Of a stretch of 64,000 nucleotides of DNA, positions 44,440-54,007 are shown one piece after another; the first letter of the stretch is position 1, and the number at the start of each line of letters is the position of its first letter. This DNA comes from Candidatus Enterousia sp. (GTDB lineage Bacteria; Pseudomonadota; Alphaproteobacteria; Rs-D84). The stretch covers positions 47,830-111,829 of the forward strand of contig JAZLBQ010000004.1 in assembly GCA_045613785.1 (NCBI GenBank), read 5' to 3'. The translations under genes were made by a program, and so were the position numbers. The notes under the pieces are model-generated. The model searched no databases and had not been told where the DNA came from. It was given only the letters and a program-made list of their open reading frames with translations.

Positions 44440-45246
44440 ATGAAGTTAGTTTTAATGGGAACAAACGCATTTGTCGTCCCTATTTTTGACGCTATATTAA
44501 AAGCAGGCCATGAAATAGAGGCTGTATTTACTCGTGCTCCAAAACCAACAGGACGCAAGCGGATTTTAACACCATCACCGGTTCACACCTGGGCAAATGA
44601 AAACGGCTTGCAGGTTCACACAAGTATCAAGGAATATAATTATACCCCAGATATGGTTGTTGTTATATCATACGGTGTTATTTTGCGTGAAAATGTTCTA
44701 GGGTCTGCACCGTGTGTAAATCTGCACCCTAGCTTACTGCCAGCGTATCGTGGACCGTCGCCAATACGCACAGCGATTTATAGCGGGGATAAAAAGTCGG
44801 GTGTATGCCTGATGACAATGACACCAGAACTTGATGCAGGCGATGTCTTTGCGTGCCGTGAATTTGAAATCGGTATTGATGACACTAATGATGACATAGA
44901 ACATCGTGTTTCCGAAATAGGCTCGCAAATGTTGGTTGAATACTTGTCGTCGCCATCAGCCTATGTTGCAGAACCTCAGGTTGGTAATCCTACGTTTACA
45001 TGCAAGTGGACTGGCGATGATGAAATAATAGATTGGTCGAAATCTGCCAGTCAAATTCATAACCAGATTCGTGCGCTGGGTTGTGGTCGCACGACTATAA
45101 ACGGTATTGAAGTCAAAATCTTAAAGACCAAGTTAAATGGCGGCACATTGGAAATAGTGCAATTGCAACCTGCTGGTAAGAAACCGATGGACTGGAAAAG
45201 TTTTGTAAATGGTCTGCATGGTGCACCGACAAAATTAGGGGAATAG
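44440..45246 (+). CDS. fmt: Methionyl-tRNA formyltransferase (compact, 268 aa)
   Basis: Formyltransferase N-domain (SLLPAYRGPSPI) plus a C-terminal domain. Immediately follows def. Confidence 0.9.
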   Translation: MKLVLMGTNAFVVPIFDAILKAGHEIEAVFTRAPKPTGRKRILTPSPVHTWANENGLQVHTSIKEYNYTPDMVVVISYGVILRENVLGSAPCVNLHPSLLPAYRGPSPIRTAIYSGDKKSGVCLMTMTPELDAGDVFACREFEIGIDDTNDDIEHRVSEIGSQMLVEYLSSPSAYVAEPQVGNPTFTCKWTGDDEIIDWSKSASQIHNQIRALGCGRTTINGIEVKILKTKLNGGTLEIVQLQPAGKKPMDWKSFVNGLHGAPTKLGE

Positions 45247-45251
45247 AAAAA

Positions 45252-45458
45252 ATGGCAAATGAAAGTGATTTAAAGAACACAGAAAAAATATGCAGAAATT
45301 GCGAACATATGCGTGAACACACAGATAAAAAAGGCGAAAAGCATTTTTTGTGTTATCAGGCTGGTGAATTAAATGTGTTTTTCTTTGGTCCGCTTCGGGT
45401 CAGCACGCAAGACACCTGCAAGGATTTTCTTTATAAAGCAACTCAAAACACACGCTAG
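45252..45458 (+). CDS. Small hypothetical protein with four cysteines (zinc-ribbon-like), 68 aa
   Basis: CRNCEH...C...C. Fills the fmt-truA spacer exactly. GGGGA RBS. Confidence 0.4.
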   Translation: MANESDLKNTEKICRNCEHMREHTDKKGEKHFLCYQAGELNVFFFGPLRVSTQDTCKDFLYKATQNTR

Positions 45459-45464
45459 GCACAA

Positions 45465-46196
45465 ATGACACGATACAAAGTTATTTTAGAATATGATGGC
45501 ACAGATTTAATTGGCTGGCAGGAAAATCGCCAAGGGGATTCTGTTCAATCATTAGTCAAAGATGCGATTGAAAAATTCTGTGGTGCTCGTCCTGATGTTG
45601 TTGGTGCTGGTCGCACAGATTCAGGCGTTCACGCTGTTGCGATGACTGCGCATTTTGACATAGACGGCACACATTCTGCCCAAACTGTTATGCATGCCTT
45701 AAATTTTTATCTGGTTCAAAGTCCTGTTCGGGTTTTGTGTTGTGAAATTGTTCCTGATGATTTTAATGCACGCTTTGATTGTGTTGCACGTCATTATAAA
45801 TACATTGTTCTAAATCGTGGTGCATCACCAGTATTGCAAAAGAACCGTGTGTATTGGGTGCCACGACCATTGAATGTTGATGCAATGCGAAGTGCGGTGG
45901 CACGTCTAATTGGTAATCATGATTTTACCAGTTTTCGTGCATCAGAATGTCAGGCAAAATCCCCTGTTAAAACATTAGATAAAATTGAAATCACGCAACA
46001 CGGCGATGAAATAATATTTGAGTTTTCTGCCCGTTCATTTTTGCATCACATGGTTCGCAACATTGTTGGCACGTTGATTGAAATAGGACTGGGCAAGTCT
46101 TTGGATATTGATGAAATATTGGCTGCAAAAAATCGTTCTGCGGCAGGTCCAACCGCCCCCGCATCAGGCTTGTATTTTATCCGTGCAGATTATTAG
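45465..46196 (+). CDS. truA: tRNA pseudouridine(38-40) synthase TruA
   Basis: GAGRTDSGVHA catalytic motif. Confidence 0.9.
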   Translation: MTRYKVILEYDGTDLIGWQENRQGDSVQSLVKDAIEKFCGARPDVVGAGRTDSGVHAVAMTAHFDIDGTHSAQTVMHALNFYLVQSPVRVLCCEIVPDDFNARFDCVARHYKYIVLNRGASPVLQKNRVYWVPRPLNVDAMRSAVARLIGNHDFTSFRASECQAKSPVKTLDKIEITQHGDEIIFEFSARSFLHHMVRNIVGTLIEIGLGKSLDIDEILAAKNRSAAGPTAPASGLYFIRADY

Positions 46197-48148
46197 TTCC
46201 AGCGGCGTTTTGTAGTTGTGTATTTAACACGTCCGCCAGGATAAATTACAAATCCGCCTCGCAGAATTTTATGACCGCAATTTTCTGATTTTATATCAAA
46301 GTATGACACAATATATCTGACGCTGTCGTCATTGCATAACGATTTAATGTTGTTCATCAGTGGAACAAACTTTTGAATATATACGATATCGTTATATCGA
46401 TAGACGCCTTTGTTGTGCTTGTATCGTTTGTTTGGTGTGTTTGTGGCTTCTCCGTTAAATTTCTTCCAGGTTTCAAATGCAAAATAGTGATTTGATGAAC
46501 GGGATTTATTAAATTCTAGTTTGCCGTTATCATCGACAAACGCAACCAGTTCATTATCGTCAGTCGTCCAGAAAATTGGCTTTGGATTTGTCTGGACTAA
46601 AACAATTCCGATTCCAACAAACAGTGCAAATAAAACGCAGTTTATTTTCATCTTTATATTTCGAATTAAAATCAGACACATAAAACCGACAATAAAGCAA
46701 ATCATTGCATTGTTTGGAATGTGTGGCATATCTATGTTTGTCAATGGTAATTCTGAAATGCTGCGTGCGATATTCAGTGTTGTATCGTAAATCAAATGAG
46801 CCAGTTTTATTGGGGATAATATTCCAAACATTCCTGTAATTGTTCCAATCATAACCAGTGGCATAATTGCAACCGAAAATACAGGCAGTAAAATCAGGTT
46901 GCCAATCAAACTGTATGTTGGCAATGTTCCAAAGTGTGCCGCCACAAATGGGGCGGTAAACAGTGTGGCCACCAGTGAAGTCAAAAGCATTGCATAAATT
47001 ATTTTCAAGATTTTGTTTTCTGGCATCTTTGGTTTGATTTCATAATACAGCCAAATCAATCCGAATACTGCAGCAAACGACAGTTGAAATCCTGCCTGCA
47101 TAACATAGTGTGGGTTTATCAAGAAAGTTGCACAAAATGCCAGTGCTATATTTCGCATTGAAAACGCACTGCGTCCAAATATAAAGGCCATAAATACCAA
47201 TGTTGTCATCAAGAAAGCACGAATTGTTGCGACATCACAGCCGGACAAAAATAAATATCCAACCAGCCCAATCCACGCACATAATATTCCTGGAATTTTA
47301 GCCGGCACCCGTCGCACAATCCATGGCACAGCCCGAAACAAGGAAACGAAAATCAAAAACAACCAACCACCAACCAATGTCATGTGAAATCCACTGATTG
47401 ACCAAACGTGGCCAATGCCACTGCTAACCCAGATAGCAGCATCGTTTTCTGGAATTACGTTTTTATAGCCTAATACTAAACTGTCAACCAGAAAAGAATT
47501 TGTGTTGTTGTGAATATTGTTTCTGAACTTGTTCAGACTGTATTTAGTGTTATTTTCAATTACCTGAATGTTGTTTGCGTATCCTGTCGCACTTAAATTA
47601 TTAAAATATGCCCAGCGTGCATAGTCAAATGTTTCAGGTGCTGTTGCGGCTGATGGTTTGAATAATCCAACATTTGCACTAACTACGTCACCAATCTGGG
47701 GCAGGGCAATATTATCACCAACAGAAACTCGCACGATTGCATCGCCAGTTCCAGCTTTGATATCTTCTGCATTGGTGCTCAGATAAATTCTGCTTTTATC
47801 ATCTGTAAAATCAATTTTCTGAACTGTTCCAGTGATGTCCAGATTATGTAAGTTGCGTTTTATAACAGGTGTGTTGACAAGATTTGTATAAGCATTCGCA
47901 TAACAAAAACCGAAAGCAAAAATAAATATTGCCCGAACCAGGGTTGGAATTTTATTTACGGTCGCAAGTGTGATTAAAATCAGTGATAAAATTCCGGGGC
48001 AAAATAAACCAGGTTCTGTTGTCAGTGAAAAATACAAAGCCGCCCCTGCGGCCATCAGAAATGGCACGAACAGAAATCTGTTTTGTTGTTGAAGATTCAA
48101 CCATTTTCGCATGGAAAAAGTATAGGAATTTATTAGATTGCATATCAA
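46193..48148 (-). CDS. comEC: ComEC/Rec2-family DNA internalisation channel protein (651 aa)
   Basis: N-terminal DUF4131-like transmembrane region and the competence domain (SGFHMTLVGGWLF). It lacks an obvious C-terminal metallo-beta-lactamase domain. Convergent with truA, 4-nt overlap. Confidence 0.85.
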   Translation of the reverse strand: MICNLINSYTFSMRKWLNLQQQNRFLFVPFLMAAGAALYFSLTTEPGLFCPGILSLILITLATVNKIPTLVRAIFIFAFGFCYANAYTNLVNTPVIKRNLHNLDITGTVQKIDFTDDKSRIYLSTNAEDIKAGTGDAIVRVSVGDNIALPQIGDVVSANVGLFKPSAATAPETFDYARWAYFNNLSATGYANNIQVIENNTKYSLNKFRNNIHNNTNSFLVDSLVLGYKNVIPENDAAIWVSSGIGHVWSISGFHMTLVGGWLFLIFVSLFRAVPWIVRRVPAKIPGILCAWIGLVGYLFLSGCDVATIRAFLMTTLVFMAFIFGRSAFSMRNIALAFCATFLINPHYVMQAGFQLSFAAVFGLIWLYYEIKPKMPENKILKIIYAMLLTSLVATLFTAPFVAAHFGTLPTYSLIGNLILLPVFSVAIMPLVMIGTITGMFGILSPIKLAHLIYDTTLNIARSISELPLTNIDMPHIPNNAMICFIVGFMCLILIRNIKMKINCVLFALFVGIGIVLVQTNPKPIFWTTDDNELVAFVDDNGKLEFNKSRSSNHYFAFETWKKFNGEATNTPNKRYKHNKGVYRYNDIVYIQKFVPLMNNIKSLCNDDSVRYIVSYFDIKSENCGHKILRGGFVIYPGGRVKYTTTKRRWN

Positions 48149-48189
48149 TGAAATTTTTCGTATGATGAAAGTCCATAAGGGGGCAGCTT

Positions 48190-49764
48190 ATGGCAAAATA
48201 TATATTTATTACTGGTGGGGTTGTATCAAGTTTAGGCAAGGGCGTCGCAGCGGCAGGTTGCGGTGCCCTTCTTCAATCACGGGGTTACAGTGTTCATGCA
48301 CGAAAATTTGACCCGTATTTGAATGTTGATCCGGGGACTATGTCGCCGTTTCAGCATGGCGAAGTTTATGTTACAAACGATGGTTATGAAACAGACCTTG
48401 ATTTAGGTTATTACGAGCGTTTTCTAGGGGTAAAGTTATCACGTTGTGATTCTGTATCTGGGGGTCGAATTTACTGGGATGTTTTGAATGCAGAACGTCA
48501 TGGCACATATTTAGGATCTACGGTTCAAATGATTCCGCATGTGTCAAATAAAATCAAAGAATATATATCTGCACCAACTGACACTGATTTTGTAGTTTGT
48601 GAAATTGGTGGCACTGTTGGCGATATCGAAGGTAAAATATTCCTAGAATCTATTCGTCAGTTTGCGAACGATGTTGGGCGACGCAATGTAATGTTTGTTC
48701 ATTTGACGCTTGCACCTTATTTGGAAAAGTCGGGGGAATTAAAGACAAAGCCTACTCAGATGTCTGTTCGTCAGTTGTTAGAGCATGGGATTCAGGCGGA
48801 TATGTTAGTCGTTCGAACACCACGTATGCTAACGCCTTCTGAACGAGATAAGATAGGTATGTTTTGTAATTTGCCATCAAAAAATGTAATCAGTGGCATA
48901 GATGTTGATAACATATACAAGATTCCATTGGCGTATGAATCTCAGCATGTTTTTGATATTATTGCAGACCACTTTGGATTACCAAATGCCCGTGGCGACA
49001 ACGCGCGCTTTGAACGCATAGAACGGTATTTGTCGGCGGATTTGCCAACGATAACTATTGGGGTTGTTGGTAAGTATTTTAATGTTCCCGATGCTTATAA
49101 ATCGCTAAACGAAGCATTGTTTCATGCGGGGATACAAAATAATGTTCATGTAAAATTAAAAAAGATAGATGCCGAAACTTTTTCGCCCGAAGACTGTCGT
49201 GATGTTGACGGTATTTTAGTTCCTGGTGGTTTTGGTGTTCGTGGTGTTTCTGGCAAGATAGCGGCTGCAAAATACGCTCGTGAAAATAATGTTCCATATA
49301 TGGGGATATGCTTGGGGATGCAGGTTGCGGTTTTAGAATTTGCGCGAAATGTTTTGGGAATAAGCAATGCGGATTCGACTGAATTTACCAAGGATTGCAC
49401 TCCGGTCATAGATATTATTGCGGCACATGATAAGGAAGACCTAGGTGGAACGTTGCGTCTTGGGGCATATCCTTGTGAAATTACACCGGGAACGTTAGCA
49501 CATCGTGTGTTTGGTGCGACAAGTATATCAGAGCGTCATCGTCATCGCTATGAAATGGATATTAGTCTTGAAAAGCGTTTTGCAGATGCCGGTCTGATAA
49601 TATCAGGACGCAGTCCAGATGGCAAATTGCCAGAGATAATTGAATTAAAAAATCATCCGTTTTTTATTGCAGGACAATTCCATCCTGAATTTCAATCAAG
49701 TCCATACACTGGTCATTCGATGTTCAATGCTTTCATAGGGGCGGCGATGCGTCGCAGTGAATAG
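48190..49764 (+). CDS. pyrG: CTP synthase
   Basis: MAKYIFITGGVVSSLGKG... ending in a glutamine amidotransferase domain (GICLGMQ). Confidence 0.97.
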   Translation: MAKYIFITGGVVSSLGKGVAAAGCGALLQSRGYSVHARKFDPYLNVDPGTMSPFQHGEVYVTNDGYETDLDLGYYERFLGVKLSRCDSVSGGRIYWDVLNAERHGTYLGSTVQMIPHVSNKIKEYISAPTDTDFVVCEIGGTVGDIEGKIFLESIRQFANDVGRRNVMFVHLTLAPYLEKSGELKTKPTQMSVRQLLEHGIQADMLVVRTPRMLTPSERDKIGMFCNLPSKNVISGIDVDNIYKIPLAYESQHVFDIIADHFGLPNARGDNARFERIERYLSADLPTITIGVVGKYFNVPDAYKSLNEALFHAGIQNNVHVKLKKIDAETFSPEDCRDVDGILVPGGFGVRGVSGKIAAAKYARENNVPYMGICLGMQVAVLEFARNVLGISNADSTEFTKDCTPVIDIIAAHDKEDLGGTLRLGAYPCEITPGTLAHRVFGATSISERHRHRYEMDISLEKRFADAGLIISGRSPDGKLPEIIELKNHPFFIAGQFHPEFQSSPYTGHSMFNAFIGAAMRRSE

Positions 49765-49789
49765 TTGGATGATAAGAACTTAAAACTGG

Positions 49790-49828
49790 GTAAAAATGCA
49801 CCGTCGGCAATTACTTGCCGACGGCTGC
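49790..49828 (-). terminator. Terminator downstream of the 111-aa minus-strand gene (CCGTCGGCAA-TTAC-TTGCCGACGG, U-run on the minus strand)
   Basis: Perfect 10-bp stem. On the minus strand it is followed by TTTTT. Confidence 0.5.
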
Positions 49829-49885
49829 TCCCTTCCTTCCGGTTGTCCGGAAACTGTTTGTCCTGTTTCGCGCAATGTTTTGTTA

Positions 49886-50221
49886 TTATGCGGCCATTGC
49901 GATGTTGGACTTTGAATTGTTGTCTGCTGCGTCCATGATTTTCTTGGCTTCTGCGAAAACCATTTCTTTTACACGCAGTGCTAATGTTTTTGTATCCATT
50001 GTTTCTGCAGCGATATCAAAATTGTCTGTGCGAATCTGTAAAGAAACATAAGCACCAACCAATGAAGCACGTGCCAAATCTTCGATAGAACGAGGTGCGT
50101 TGTTGTGTCCGATTTTTAATTCGTCTGCCAAAGAGATAATTTGACGATCTTCGTTGACCCAAACTGTGGTTGTCAGGACTTGGTTCAGGGCTATCATAAT
50201 TTCTTTAATGTTCTGTGTCAT
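49886..50221 (-). CDS. Hypothetical protein, 111 aa
   Basis: ORF with its own downstream terminator. No recognised motifs. Confidence 0.5.
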   Translation of the reverse strand: MTQNIKEIMIALNQVLTTTVWVNEDRQIISLADELKIGHNNAPRSIEDLARASLVGAYVSLQIRTDNFDIAAETMDTKTLALRVKEMVFAEAKKIMDAADNNSKSNIAMAA

Positions 50222-50522
50222 GCGCGTTTCCCCTCCTTTCTGGGCGTATGTTGTAAAAATTATCTTGTTTTTTGTGTAAATACGTTGGTATTTACAAAAC
50301 TGTCAGACAATTTTTAATTTTGTTTTTATGTTTTCCTAAAATACTGCGGTTTCTAGCGGTTTTTCAGGGTTTTTATTTCTTCTTCTCTTGTCTATACAAA
50401 CATCTTAGAACAAAAACGAATCGGAGGTCAAGCACAAAATATAATTATTTTCATTTTATTTAAAATTTTTTTAATTTTGCTTTCTGTGGCATAAAATACC
50501 ATAAAATATTTATAAAATGTCA

Positions 50523-50551
50523 TTGACAACCATGAAATGCCGTGCTAGATT
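50523..50551 (+). promoter_or_regulatory. Candidate mraZ promoter TTGACA-17-TAGATT
   Basis: -35 at 50523-50528 and -10 at 50546-50551. It lies inside the ORF-track extension (50517..), which argues that the true mraZ start is the ATG at 50610. Confidence 0.45.
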
Positions 50552-50609
50552 CCTTATGAAGTCAAGAAAGGATGGTGGGACAATCTCCCGAATTAAAGAA
50601 GATCATAAA

Positions 50610-51059
50610 ATGTCATTGTTTCTCTCATCTTATGAAAATCGTTTGGATACCAAGGGGCGGATTTCTGTTCCAGCGTCCTTTCGGGCTTCGGTTTCTGATG
50701 AAAAATTTGCAGGCATTGTTTTATATCGTTCCTTTACTAATAATTGTATCGAAGGTTTAACGCTGTCTCGTATGGAGCAGATGGCAGCAGCAACTGATAA
50801 AATGGGTGTTTTTGACAGTGAATTAGACGATTTGACTGCGTTGTTATTTGCTGATGCACGCCAGTTGGCATTTGATGTGACGGGGCGTGTTGTTATTCCA
50901 GCGGATTTGTTGGCACATGCTGGTATAACTGATACTGCGGTATTTGTTGGTCGTGGTAACAGTTTTCAGATATGGAATCCTGATGCGTTTCGTGCTGCCC
51001 AGACTAAATCTTTGGAAAATCTGCGTCGCACTCGTCCGAATATTAAAATAGGCGACTAA
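50610..51059 (+). CDS. mraZ: Transcriptional regulator MraZ
   Basis: MSLFLSSYENRLDTKGRISVPASFRAS... with duplicated SpoVT/AbrB-like halves. 149 aa from the ATG at 50610. Confidence 0.85.
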   Translation: MSLFLSSYENRLDTKGRISVPASFRASVSDEKFAGIVLYRSFTNNCIEGLTLSRMEQMAAATDKMGVFDSELDDLTALLFADARQLAFDVTGRVVIPADLLAHAGITDTAVFVGRGNSFQIWNPDAFRAAQTKSLENLRRTRPNIKIGD

Positions 51060-51173
51060 AAATCGGTTTGTTTTCTTTCTTGAAATAAAAATATCCCATT
51101 GGGGGTTCTTTTTTATGTTTGCGTGCAAGGGTGCAAAATGGTATAATAAATCAAAAGGAATAATGGGAAAGGT

Positions 51174-52268
51174 ATGAAGAAATTTAGTTTTTCTGCCGTG
51201 TTTGCTGGTGTTTTATGTTCGTTGCCAATGGTGGCGGGGGCGGCTTATCCTGCATATCCGTCGTATCAAGCGGCCGGTGCTAATAATCAGATGATGTATT
51301 TGCCGTCTGTGAACAGTCGTGTTGTGTCGACTGCGGCAGCTATGCCTGGGTATAATTCTGTTGCTGCGGCTCAGCCTACACGTGTAACTGGTGCATTACC
51401 TCGTGTTGGGACATCACAAACTTCGGCTGGTCGTCAATATTATCAGCCTGCAGATTATGATAGGTTGGCAGACAGTGGTTTGTATGTTGGTTTGTCTGTT
51501 GGTTATACTGCATCAGTAATGGGGTCGATTTCGTCTGATTACACTGGCGAAGAAGATGCTTATACTGTTCCTGGTGCGTTCAAGGCAGCAGATTTTCAAT
51601 CAGATACAATGATTCCGCTTCAGGTTTCTGTTGGTGCGGCATTAAATAATGATGTTCGTGTTGACTTTTCTTATTTGCGTTATTCTGGTTTGTCTTATCC
51701 AAACACTGTTCAGACGGACGATGGTGCCGGTGGTTATGTTGAGGCACAGGTTGATGGTGGTGCGATAACAGCTAACGCAACAATGTTGAACGTTTATTAT
51801 AATATTGACTCGTATACAGGCTTTTTGGCTGGTGGTTCATTGCGGCCATATATTGGTGCCGGTGTTGGTATTTCATTAAATACGATTGCGGACTATGTTG
51901 TTTATGACAAAACCTTTTATTCTGTTATGGATCCAGCCTATGCAAATGCAGGTCAGTTGACGGGTATTTCTGATATTTATGCATATCACAACGGTGGCAC
52001 AAATGAACAGTTGGCCTTTATGTTAGAGGCTGGTATTACAACAGAACTAGAAGGTGGTATAAAAATGGACTTTTTTGCCCGTTATGCAAATCTTGGAACT
52101 GTAAAAACATCAGGCAGTATTGTTCTAAGTCAAATTGAATGGCTGGGTGATGGTGCAGGTGGTGAATACGAAGCACCGTATGACAGTGTATTTCATTATA
52201 CGAATTGGTATGAAAGCGGCCGCCTTGGGTTGGTTGATGTTGGTGTTCGTTTAAGATTGCAGTTCTAA
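51174..52268 (+). CDS. Outer-membrane beta-barrel protein (porin / OMP_b-brl-like), 364 aa
   Basis: Signal peptide MKKFSFSAVFAGVLCSLPMVAGAA. Alternating amphipathic Gly/Tyr-rich strands. C-terminal ...VGVRLRLQF ending in Phe. Confidence 0.75.
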   Translation: MKKFSFSAVFAGVLCSLPMVAGAAYPAYPSYQAAGANNQMMYLPSVNSRVVSTAAAMPGYNSVAAAQPTRVTGALPRVGTSQTSAGRQYYQPADYDRLADSGLYVGLSVGYTASVMGSISSDYTGEEDAYTVPGAFKAADFQSDTMIPLQVSVGAALNNDVRVDFSYLRYSGLSYPNTVQTDDGAGGYVEAQVDGGAITANATMLNVYYNIDSYTGFLAGGSLRPYIGAGVGISLNTIADYVVYDKTFYSVMDPAYANAGQLTGISDIYAYHNGGTNEQLAFMLEAGITTELEGGIKMDFFARYANLGTVKTSGSIVLSQIEWLGDGAGGEYEAPYDSVFHYTNWYESGRLGLVDVGVRLRLQF

Positions 52269-52331
52269 AAGAAATAATCGCACCGGGCTGATGCCCGGTT
52301 GTGTTGATTTGTTGCGGCAGGGGGCAATATA

Positions 52332-53975
52332 GTGATGAGACGCAAAAATTCAATCTTTTACTATTCTTTATTGGCGGCATTAGTGCCGTCTGTTGCTGGT
52401 GCTGGAATTCGTGTTGGGAATTTGTCTCGCAATAATGCCCAGGGCTATCAACAGGTAAACGAGGCACGTTATAACTCGGAACTTGCGACCCAGGCAGCGG
52501 TTGCTGCAATTCCTGCTGATTTGCCAACAACTGTTGCAAAGTCTGCGACAGATGACACGACTGTTGCATCCAAGGCACAGCGTTGTTCGATGATTTATCC
52601 CGAAGGTGAATTTGCCTGGGGTAAGCCTACGCTTGGGGCTGGTTCTGGCGGTGCGTCAACTTGCACGGCTGTTGTTGAATTGCGTGCGATTGGGGCTGGT
52701 GAAAATGGTAATGATGCAATCTTGGCACGTGCAAACCTGGCAGCAGGAGATAGTTTTAATTGCAATATTTCTGAATTTAACGAGGTGTCATTGTTGCCTG
52801 CTGCTGGCACGATTGAATTTCCGGCAGATCGTGAGCCAACGGTTGATGATGTTGTGTCTGTTCTGAATCAAGAGCAGCGTCAAAATGCAGGAATTAAAAT
52901 TGCTGCAGGAACTGTGTTGTTTGGTTTAGCAGGAAACATTGCTGGTGAAAACGAGCCTGGCAAGGATGGATTATTGGGCGGTGGTCGCTCTAAAACCCAG
53001 GGGACGATTATTGGTGCATTGGGTGGTGCGGCATTGATGGCAGGTAATGCTTATTCGGGCAAGGTTGCTGGCGATATGATACTGTCAACTGGTGTAAATG
53101 CTGCGGCTGGCGGATTAGTTGGGAATATTGTTGCCAGTGGTGATTCTGTTTTGCGTATTGAACCATGTCAGGTTGCGGGCTGGGATACAAAGTGCCTTTG
53201 GGGTGTTATCGAAGAAGTTTCGTCCATAGACGGCACTGCGTATGTTTCTGCGAATGATATCAATGACTTTCGTGTTTGCTCAGGCACTACATGTGGACGT
53301 GCGGATTTGACGTCTGCTGTGGTTGCGGAATATAACGGCAAAAAGCGTGCATCTGACGGCAAAAAAATGGAATTGTCCGATATGCAGACTGAAAATTGGT
53401 CGTTGGTTCAAAGTATGTATTGTTATGATGCTGCCTACGGTATGGTTCAGGGGGCTAGTTGCACAGATGGTCCGTGGATAAAACTGGATTCTGCTCAGCG
53501 TGTGGCAAATCGCACGGCGGCAATGGTTGTTGATGTCCGGGACAAGGCCTTTGGTTGGCATAAAGATGAATGGTCGGACTTTAAGGCTAGTCATAATGGT
53601 AATTTGATTGTTGGTCGTTCTGGTAATGGTATTGCAACGAATTTGAATCCACGGGATGTAATATCGGATGCGACTGATGATACCGAGATAAAATTGTCGG
53701 CTGTAAATTTCCGTCCTGTATATCAGGATTCTGATGATGGTGGTGTTATTGATTTGAATAACAAGGCACGCCTGAAAAGCACATTGACTGGTGCCGGTGT
53801 TGGTGGTGCTATGGGGGCATTTACTGGATATCAGGGTGCACAAAGTGATATTGATGAACGTTGGGTATCTGCTGTGCGTGAGTATAAGGATAGTTCGCAA
53901 AAGTTTTATTGTGCAACAGGTAAACGTTTCTTGTCGTATTACAATGATGTGGTTATGATTCCAAGTCTGGATTAA
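52332..53975 (+). CDS. Secreted Gly-rich hypothetical protein, 547 aa, with signal peptide
   Basis: MMRRKNSIFYYSLLAALVPSVAGAG signal. About 10 Cys. Gly/Ala-rich segments. No recognised domain. Confidence 0.7.
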   Translation: MMRRKNSIFYYSLLAALVPSVAGAGIRVGNLSRNNAQGYQQVNEARYNSELATQAAVAAIPADLPTTVAKSATDDTTVASKAQRCSMIYPEGEFAWGKPTLGAGSGGASTCTAVVELRAIGAGENGNDAILARANLAAGDSFNCNISEFNEVSLLPAAGTIEFPADREPTVDDVVSVLNQEQRQNAGIKIAAGTVLFGLAGNIAGENEPGKDGLLGGGRSKTQGTIIGALGGAALMAGNAYSGKVAGDMILSTGVNAAAGGLVGNIVASGDSVLRIEPCQVAGWDTKCLWGVIEEVSSIDGTAYVSANDINDFRVCSGTTCGRADLTSAVVAEYNGKKRASDGKKMELSDMQTENWSLVQSMYCYDAAYGMVQGASCTDGPWIKLDSAQRVANRTAAMVVDVRDKAFGWHKDEWSDFKASHNGNLIVGRSGNGIATNLNPRDVISDATDDTEIKLSAVNFRPVYQDSDDGGVIDLNNKARLKSTLTGAGVGGAMGAFTGYQGAQSDIDERWVSAVREYKDSSQKFYCATGKRFLSYYNDVVMIPSLD

Positions 53976-54005
53976 AAAAATGCCCAAACGGGCATTTTTT
54001 TTTAT
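53976..54005. terminator. Bidirectional terminator (ATGCCCAAACGGGCAT) between convergent genes
   Basis: A-run, hairpin, then T-run. Confidence 0.6.
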
Positions 54006-54007
54006 TA

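Noticed and set aside
49815-50051. 78-aa + strand ORF
   Set aside because: It overlaps a terminator hairpin and is antisense to the 111-aa gene, which has better support (its own terminator).
50517-50609. 31-aa N-terminal extension of mraZ in the ORF track
   Set aside because: It contains a good sigma70 promoter. A canonical 149-aa MraZ starts at the ATG at 50610.
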